DNA from: Octopus vulgaris
Lineage: Eukaryota
Length of the DNA stretch: 64,000 nucleotides
Direction: 5' to 3'
Assembly: GCA_951406725.2 (NCBI GenBank)
Contig: OX597830.1
Span: 50,840,001-50,904,000 of the forward strand
Shown piece after piece: positions 54,969 through 64,000 of this stretch. The position numbers were made by a program, and so were the translations under genes. Position 1 is the stretch's first letter. Each line of letters starts with the position of its first letter. Under the pieces are notes generated by a model, which had not been told where the DNA came from, did no database searches, and worked only from the letters and a program-made list of their open reading frames with translations.

Positions 54969-55770
54969 CACACACACACAAACACACACACATATGTAAA
55001 TATATACATATATACATACAGAAGAGTCTATATCATACATACATATCCTTTCATACAGTCACTCAACCACACCGTGACGCGTCTATATGAGAATCAAAAT
55101 CCATTGGAATATTAGTTTAGAGAAAATGTCTTGAAAAGAACGGAAACAGTAAGAGTTTTACAATTTTATCAACACAGAAGAAAAAGACATTAAATAGAAA
55201 ACAGAGTAAATATTGTGGCAAAATAGTTTATTTTCTTTATGTATTTCTGATAATTTTATTATAATTTACTCATTTTTTTCTTTTTTTTTTATTTCACAGG
55301 AAAGGCAATAATATTTCAATATACATGACATTTTCTACGTCTGCTATATTCTTCGAGCTCTTTCTCTTACCGTCTTTCTTCTTTACATTCTTTTTATATA
55401 TAAATAAATTTTATAGCTATTATCATTTTTTAATGTTCTTGCTGTTACTGTTGTAGTTAGATTATGTCGATTAATCAGCTAATAAAAATAAATAAAAATA
55501 AGTTGAGCAAGAAAAAACAACCAGCAAATATACGAGCTGAGAAGACGTGTGGCATTTTATATGCATTCATAAAACCTTGATATATTCGAATCATTATTCT
55601 CAAATTGAAATGGTGAGTGTTGTGTGAGTTGCGTGAATGAGTTGTTTGTCTGTATCCTGGGGTGCATTCATTCACACGCACACGCACACACACACACTCA
55701 TGCGCGCACCACGTACACACATATATATGTGTATACATGTATTTATATATCTATATCTATATGTATATTA

Positions 55771-55999
55771 AGACGGCGAGCTGGCAGACACATTAGTGCG
55801 CCGGGCGAAATGCTTAGCGGTATTTCGTCTATCGTTACGTTCTGAGTTCGAATTCCGTCGAGGTCGACTTTGCCTTCCATCCTTTCGAGGTCGATAAATA
55901 AAGTACCAGTTTCGCACTGGGGTCGATGTAATCGACTTAGTCCCTTTTTCTGTCCTTCTTTTTCCCCTCTATGTTTAGCCCCGTGTGGGCAATAAAGAA

Positions 56000-56001
<2 letters not shown>
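55771..56001 (+). mobile_element. SINE family B monomer
   Basis: ggcgagctggcaga..gagttcgaattcc..gaggtcgactttgccttccatcctttcgaggtcgataaa..aaagaaat. Confidence 0.9.
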
Positions 56002-56078
<77 letters not shown>

Positions 56079-56085
56079 AACGAGG

Positions 56086-56287
56086 TGAGGTGCTGAAATG
56101 TTCTTGACTTTGGGTAAAATAAAGTAGAGGAAGAAGAATTATGATTTTATTGAATATATTTTCCTCTCAGATTCATGTACTTATTGCAGCGGTCCTTCAG
56201 CTTTTCAAACCCTTATAAAAGAACCCAGAAGGTCGGGCCTCTAGTCTGACCTTTAGAATTGGCATTCCAGCCAGGATCTTTGCAGCA
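56086..56287. mobile_element. Mariner-derived MITE in (TA)n
   Basis: Imperfect TIRs tgctgaaatgttcttgact / agccaggatctttgcagca; related to 7529-7666. Confidence 0.6.
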
Positions 56288-56310
56288 TATATATATATAG
56301 AGAGAGAGAC

Positions 56311-56387
<77 letters not shown>

Positions 56388-56769
56388 TATTTATAAATAT
56401 ATCTAAAAATATATAATAATAATGAAGGGTATTTGGAAAAAGTACCATCATGCTAGAAAGAGAAGTCAAAATGACTCTAAACGACCCATTTCGCTATTTT
56501 GCACGGGTGAATATGAAGAAATGTGCAAACTGTATTTACCCTACCTTTAATGGATAAACAAATAATCACATATAAAACTATCTCAGGCTCCGTAATGAAT
56601 ACTTAGCCATCATCAGTGAGATTCATCGTATTAGTAAATATACGTGAATATATATACATATACATACTTATACATGCATTCCCACATATACAAACGAGGC
56701 CAATCATTCGCTAATTATATCTTTATAAACAGTTACATTTAAAAAAAATAAAATAAATTAAAATAAAAC

Positions 56770-57590
56770 AGACACTTGAACTTCTAATCTTGTCATCGTC
56801 CACACATCAAAAGAAACATTTCATACAGTTTGGAAAGACGTATCTGTGCAATAGTAATCCAAAAATACATCAAATTCGATTCAATGAACTCAAAGACTTT
56901 CTGAATAAAAAGAAAAAATTAATCCTTGAAATTAATAAATGATGGAATAATAAAGGCGATGGATCTGGATATCATACAATTGAAAAGACCCAAGAAAAAA
57001 AATTAATGTAAATACCATTTCACAATACACATAATCTGGGAGTAACCAACGTTTTCCACATTATAAAAACAAGCCCTCTAATACTCTTACAAAGCTCCAA
57101 AATGTTTGATGAAAATCTTATATGAAATAGTAAACATCAACCAAAATATCTTTAAAAACTTCCCATGAGGGCAACATTCACATCAGCGGATAATTCAAAG
57201 TTCTCCGAGAAGGACTGTGGAGATAACAGGTGTGGAACATGTAGCAACAACTTCAAATATTAAGATATTGGTTGCCAAATAATATTTAAAAGTAGATTCT
57301 CTTTTAAAGTAAATGCAGATATGAACCGCAAGACACAGAATCTCGCACACAGCAAAACCTACAGAAAATGCAGGGAAAATTATATTGGCGAAACCAAAAA
57401 TTCTTTTTGCCAGCGAGAAAAATTACACAAATAATTACGCAAGATTCCGCTAAGAATCTGGAAATATGTATAGACAGCAAATTCAAGAGCTTTTCTTTCC
57501 AGAAATGCTCAGGGGACGACACTAAGTACTGAAAGGCAATAGAACCACATTTCATAAAAAAAAACAAAAAAAACAATATCGAAATTAAAC
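56770..57590 (+). mobile_element. Decayed Penelope-like element ORF (RT C-terminus, linker, GIY-YIG endonuclease)
   Basis: HLNF*SCHRPHIKRNISYSLERRICAIV; IPFHNTHN; SKHQPKYL*KL; CGDNRCGTC (57216); FKVNADMN; CRENYIGETK (YIG 57381-57389). Confidence 0.85.
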
Positions 57591-57835
57591 ATAAAATAAC
57601 CACGTAAATAATTCTGAAAATTGTGCCATATTTATAGTAAAGATAATATACGTGGTCTCTTATTGTAATTGAACACGTTATGGACATTGCGCTACATAGT
57701 TAACTCATACAAGTACTTACTTACCAAGCTAACTTTTGCAAACATATCATCGGAGTTACACATTGTTTAAAACTGAGAAAATCAAACGCGAGTACTTGAA
57801 TACTCACTTTTGACTCTATCGGAGCATATAATTCT

Positions 57836-58240
57836 TTTTTTCTACTCTAGGCAGAATACAGTTCTATATTTAAGCGATGAGGAATTATGTACCTTATTTA
57901 CATCATTTACATTTGACCGATATTAGTCCTCATCTTGTTTGTTGTTAACAACAACGTTTCGGCTGATATTTCCCCGGGAGACCTGATGACGGCTGGAGGG
58001 TATACGGACAAATATCCGTCAAATGAAAATAATGTAAATAATCTAGGCACAAGGCCCGAAATTTTGGGGGAGGTGGTCAGTCGATTAAATCGACCCCATT
58101 ACTGAATTTATCGACCCCGAAAGGGTGAAAGACAAAGTCGACATCGGCGGAATTTGAACTCAGGACGTAAAGACAGACGAAATACCGCTAAGCATTTCGC
58201 CCGGCTTGCTAACGTTTCCGCCAACTCGCCGCCTTCGAAA
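57836..58240 (-). mobile_element. SINE family B with TSD catataattct, interrupted by a 188-bp insert
   Basis: TSD at 57825-57835 and 58241-58251. Confidence 0.85.
57854..58041. mobile_element. Penelope pLTR-like insert with inverted repeat and split hammerhead halves, 8-bp TSD
   Basis: TSD tctaggca (57846-53, 58042-49); IR 57894-57929 vs 58006-58041; ctgatga.ggctg on plus, cagccgaaacgttg on minus. Confidence 0.7.
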
Positions 58241-58492
58241 CATATAATTCTGGAGTGAGATGAACAAACTTTTCAGGGAGTGAATATTTACATTTTAAAT
58301 CCGGTTTGGATCTTTTTGATTTCTTTCATATTTTATAATCGTGACTGCATCAATACATGCTTAAATCTATTATGAATCATTTTTTCAATTCTCCTTAATT
58401 AACATTCAAAACATTTCGATATGTATACACACACACACATACACACATATATTTATACATATATCTATGTGTGTCTAACTATATATGTGTAA

Positions 58493-58524
<32 letters not shown>

Positions 58525-58642
58525 ATATATATATATAATATGTATGTGTATATAGTATATATATGTATATATATATATATAAATATACATATACAAGAAT
58601 AAATAAATATGAATATATATACATGTATAATGTGTATATATA

Positions 58643-58682
<40 letters not shown>

Positions 58683-59379
58683 GGTAGATGGATGTGTCTA
58701 TGTGTGTATATGTATATGTAAAGCATTATATGTTGTATACATAATGTGTGACTGTGTGCGAATATATGAGTATATATATTTACATACATTTTGATATGAA
58801 TGAAAAAGAGAGAGAAAGTGAGACATGGTTTTAAAGCAATGACTGAAATTTATTCACATCTTGAATTGATATGGAATTCTACAGCTGCGCAGTAAATGAC
58901 CATAAGAAGATAATACAATTTCTATCAACCTAGAGAAAAGAACTGTTTCTCTCTTTCTATATTTTCTTTCTTTGTTTTTCTTTCTTTTCTCTCCCTTCCT
59001 TCCTGCCTTCCTTCCTTTCTATCTCTCTTTCTTCGTTTCCTCTCCTTCTTTCTATCTTCATGGTTTTCGTTCTTCCTCTTTTTCTTCCTGACCGGTTCCT
59101 TTTTCTCTTTCTAACCAAGCCTCCAAACATTCACCATGCACACACGTACGTACACACATGCATGCACAGCGAAAAATAGTAAGAACAAAAAAAAATAAAA
59201 CAAGATTAACATCTTGTATCGTCAGAAACTGTGTTGAATCGTTCCCTCATTATTTCCGGTAATTTTGCTGTCGTCCTGTCTTTCTCTCTTATTTCTTTTC
59301 TGCTTTCTTACCAAACCTCCCAAAATTCACCACATATATACTAACGAATTCATACATGCACATGCATACATACACATAT

Positions 59380-59481
<102 letters not shown>

Positions 59482-60348
59482 CAAAACTTCATTCTTCTCC
59501 CCAAATTTTCAGCTAAATTATCAATTCTGATAATTCTCGAAAATGAAATAAAAGTTCTAAATAAATAAGTTTCCAAAATTTGAACCACCTCCTTTTTCTT
59601 AATATGTGTGTGTGTGTGTGTGAGTGTATACATACTCATATATGATTTAATAGTCCATCATACTATTAAGATTACATTGATCTTTTGAATAAACATACAA
59701 TATAACTTTCAAGTAATTATGTCACCGGTTTCATATCAGCGCGGATACAACACCGAATATACTCCTTAGTTTCTAGTCTTGTTAAATATTCATCAGTGAA
59801 AGATTAGCCATCAACTGTTCTTGGCGTGATCAGAATCTTACTACTATTTATATTTGCTACAAACTTGGTCAGAGCGAGCAAAAACTAAACAAAAAAAAAC
59901 AAAAAAAAAAAAGACACTGCATAATCCATTGACAGAAAAAAGCATTAATCCACGTCTCCAGTACATGCATAGTTATGTCAGTTAACCTGTCCGATATCAT
60001 TTCGTCTATGTTTGTACACATTACAAACAATGGCAACCTACTAATGTCTCAGTGAAGAGAATAGTCGTCTGTTTCTGTCTGATAAAAGACATAATCTAGA
60101 AGATCATTGGATGAATTCACCCTTTCTCTAACCTTGAGAAATAAAATGTTTTGGAATGCTTTTCACAGCGAAGCAAAATTCTGTATCAATTAGAGAAGTA
60201 TATCTCTTATTACAACATCTCTCTGTCTGTCTGCCTGTCTGCCTACCTGCGTACCTGCCTACCTCTCTATCTATGTAGATCGATAGATATTCAGACAAAC
60301 AGGTTGACACACACACAAACACACACTCATATATGTGTAGATAGATGG

Positions 60349-60392
<44 letters not shown>

Positions 60393-60507
60393 TGTGTGTG
60401 TGTGTGTATGTGTGAGAGAGAAATAAACACACATACATTGTATCTATTATTCATTCACAGATACAGACAGGCTCACCCACACAGACGCATATATATATAT
60501 ATATATA

Positions 60508-60739
60508 TATTGCTTTACTACCCACAAGGGGCTAAACACAGAGGGGACAAACAAGGACAGACAAAGGGATTAAGCCGATTACATCGATCCCAGTGTGTAA
60601 CTGGTACTTAATTTATCGACCCCGAAAGGATGAAAGGCAAAGTGGACCTCGGCGGAATTTGAACTCAGAACGTAACGGCAGACGAAATATCGTTAAGCAT
60701 TTCGCCCGGCGTGCTAACGTTTCTGCCAGCTCGCCGCCT

Positions 60740-60740
<1 letters not shown>
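60508..60740 (-). mobile_element. SINE family B monomer, young, in (TA)n
   Basis: Near-consensus full copy. Confidence 0.92.
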
Positions 60741-60777
<37 letters not shown>

Positions 60778-61182
60778 CAGAGACACATAAACACACATAC
60801 AACCGCACACATGCACACGTGTGCGCTCACACGCACAAACGCAAACAAACAAGCAAATACAGAAACCGCTTTGAAGTCTGAGCAAGATATTTAACAGATT
60901 AATGCATCACGAAAAAGAAAACAAAACCGTACCCTAACATCCACCATATACAGGATATAGTGGCTCCTTTTGCTTGTATCTGTTCGTCCTCTGAGGACTA
61001 CACAACTGATCATCTCTTCAGCGAAATAACACGCAACACACTAGTAATTTTCAGAAAATGATTAATGCCACTTGCTATCAAAAAATACCAAAGAAAATAC
61101 AAAAATAATGTAAAATAAATCTAAATGTCAATATAGAAGTATATATACAAGTAAATTATAGAATTGGCGGCAAAATATAAAG

Positions 61183-61247
<65 letters not shown>

Positions 61248-61263
61248 TGTATGCATGTATGTT

Positions 61264-61317
<54 letters not shown>

Positions 61318-61338
61318 CATATATGTATGCATGTATGT

Positions 61339-61419
<81 letters not shown>

Positions 61420-61748
61420 CAGGATAAAAGATAAAAGGACCACATAAATAATATAATAAAAGATACATAAATAGTAAATATACAAAGACAGTTCAAAGTA
61501 ATAATGTTGTTTGTTATGTTTTTGTTTGTTCATTATAAACAGATTTATTTATTACTACAGTATTTTTGTTTTGTTTTTTTTTTTTTCATTTGGATTCAAT
61601 TCCGAATGAATGAGCGTCATACCTGATGTGGGGCGGCGGAGGTGCATGTGATATCAGGAGGAAACAGACAACGGGTGGAGTAGCATGGCAGTGCTTGGGG
61701 CCAATAAGAAGATCTCCAGACAACGTATAAACCACTAGCTGGTTGAGA

Positions 61749-61889
61749 GGCGCAGGAGTGGCTGTGTGGTAAGTAGCTTGCTTACCAACCACATGGTTCC
61801 AGTTTCAGTCCCACTGCGTGGCACCTTGGGCGAATGTCTTCTACTATATCCTCGGGCCGACCAAAGCCTTGTGGGTGGATTTAGTAAGC

Positions 61890-61930
<41 letters not shown>

Positions 61931-62117
61931 TGTGTGTATGCATGTGTGTGTATATGTTTGTGTGTCTGTGTTTACGTCCCCGTAACTTAGCGGTTCGGCG
62001 AAAGAGTACGATAGAATAAGTACTAGGCTTACAAAGAATAAGTCCTGGGGTCGATTTGCTCGACTAAAGGCGGTGCTCCACCATGGCCGCAGTCAAATGA
62101 CTGAAACACGTAAAAGG
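61749..62117 (+). mobile_element. SINE family A with internal deletions
   Basis: Intact head and tail. Confidence 0.9.
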
Positions 62118-62608
62118 GATCTGTTAGAAATGACTGCCGCAAATATCCCTCACTTCAGACACTTAAAATAAACAACACGTTCGATAAATGTTGCCCTTGA
62201 TAGACAGGGCTATTTATGGTTCGAGTGCATTTGATTAGAGGCTTGCTCTTCCCCAGTCCCTAGATCTGGGTTGACTCGGGGCAAATAAACAAGAACAAGA
62301 TCAACAGCACTAGCAACAACAACACCTACAACTACAATCATCATCATGTTCTCAGGATGACGTCATCACTTCGTTACGGTAATATGCGATTTTTTTGTAA
62401 CTTTTTGTGAAGGAAACATTTAAATAAAAGATATATGATTACATCACAATAATTAAAGTGTAGAGTGGGATTATAAAATAATTAATGGGATTTTGTTGTT
62501 GTCGTTTATTGTCGACGTCATAAGAATCCAGAACCTTCGAGAACAGTGAATAATTCGTTTTAGAAAATGTGAATCTCGAAATTCACTATTTCTAATAAAT
62601 TTACATCA

Positions 62609-63047
62609 TCTCTCTCTATATAAACGGCAGTTTGTCTGTGTGTGTTTCTGTGTGTCTGTTTGGTTGTACCCTCACCCTGACCACGGCTTTCAACCGATTC
62701 TGATGAAACTTGACACACACATAGCCCAATGTCATAATTCAAAACTGACGCAGAGTATATTTTGAAAAGTTCCCCCAGTTCTGAAAAAATCGATAAATTC
62801 GACATGGGGTCGAGAATCTAAGCTTTTTATATGCAACACATTTTCTGTCTAGGGGACACAACTCGACCTTTTTATCGCCCAAAGGGACAGCTAGGAACAT
62901 CGTATACACAGAAGTATTCGAGTGAAGAGAAGACATTGCAACCTACATATGCGCCTTCGTTCCCTAGAGGGAAAGGACCAGATTGGGATTAGCCGTTGCC
63001 TTCTAGGGGCTCTTACATACCCGGGCAACGCCGGGCTATGCTGCTAG
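62609..63047 (+). mobile_element. Non-autonomous Helitron with canonical termini
   Basis: A|TC 5' end, subterminal hairpin cccgggcaacgccggg, CTAG|T 3' end, no TSD. Confidence 0.85.
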
Positions 63048-64000
63048 TCACTGGTAAGAATCAGTTTTCGAAAATAAAGAAACTCGAAAGGTTGGTTTGA
63101 ACCAGTGGTAGAACGTCTGTGATCTCTACAGGATGAGTAGGGTCGAGTCCCACGAGCAATCATTAAATTTTTCAATCCAAAGTTTATTTTTAACCTAATA
63201 TTTACACACTACTTTTTTATAGCCTTATTTGCTTCGCGATTTACCGTTTTTAAAAGGAGACTTTCTTGTGCTTTTATTTATTGTAAATAATTTTAATATT
63301 GTTAGTAATTTTGGTCAGTAACTTCAAAATATTGAATTCTATATCACAACTATTCAGGTACTCTAGCTGTTCTTCTAAACTACATCATTTCGAACTTATT
63401 ATTGTTGATGCTTTTAAGATTCAGGGATCAATCTTGATCTAATTGATTTATGATCGAAAGTGTTCTATTTATAACCACCCTCTTTATTTTGTCAGTTGAA
63501 GGAAGTATTTATCATGTGTCTCGTTTCTTTGGAGAGTAAAGGTGGATTTTAAAGGATATCTTGTTGCTATTTCTAGCAGACACTACGAGTCTAGACATGC
63601 GCCTGTTGAATTAATAATTCACATTTTAAATCGTTATTGGTCCAAGCAATAAAATAATGAAGCAACAGAAGTATTTTTAGCTTTCAAATCCTATCAACAT
63701 TATGGTGTCTTGTTCTGCATCCCCAGACACAACAACAGCAACAACAAAATAACACCAGTCAATTTGTTGTTGTTGTCGCTGATCTTATTCTTGTTGATGT
63801 TGTTATTGGTCAGGCGAAGTTCGGCTCTGATATAACAGACTTATGATCAATCATTTTTCTTTGATATTCCAATAGTTGTGTCATTGTGTTTCCTATTATA
63901 TCATTAGGCTGCCTATTTTTATGTCTGTAGGGTGTGGTTTATAGCCAGATCTAACTTCTTTTTCTAGCGTATCGGGTGACAACGCATTGGTTTCGTCGTT

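Noticed and set aside
59755-59800. Minus-strand CUGAUGA..GAAACU..AGUA
   Set aside because: No stem II or stem I pairing; likewise near-misses at 9325, 30757, 56610 and 62700
63090-63160. tRNA-like A/B boxes
   Set aside because: Cannot form a convincing cloverleaf; at most a decayed SINE head. SINE heads elsewhere are also not called tRNA genes
63944-63968. Partial match to miR-750 (ccagatctaact)
   Set aside because: Only the first 12 nt match as recalled, no hairpin partner, lies in an old repeat fragment

Overview
AT-rich, microsatellite-saturated eukaryotic DNA with no intact protein-coding gene. The SINE repertoire and repeat texture look like an Octopus (coleoid cephalopod) intergenic or intronic region; this is an inference from recalled repeat families. 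Almost all ORFs in the track are microsatellite artefacts. Real coding remnants are all transposon-derived: an R4/Dong-type RLE retrotransposon with both ends present, inserted in (TAA)n and internally deleted (35828-39152, -); a Penelope-like RT-thumb/GIY-YIG remnant (56770-57590); a CR1/L2-type RT remnant; a mariner transposase remnant; and an RTE endonuclease fragment. There are about 30 copies of four tRNA-derived SINE families with swapped head/tail modules, a 184-bp SINE concatemer array, and three non-autonomous Helitrons. The most notable signals are (i) a set of hammerhead-ribozyme motifs, one apparently complete at 51435-51485, carried by short elements mostly embedded in (TA)n and often forming asymmetric foldbacks (Penelope/retrozyme-like system); (ii) a recurrent palindromic head-to-tail junction in SINE concatemers; (iii) a few candidate small exons. 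All calls were made by eye; no folding or database search was run.
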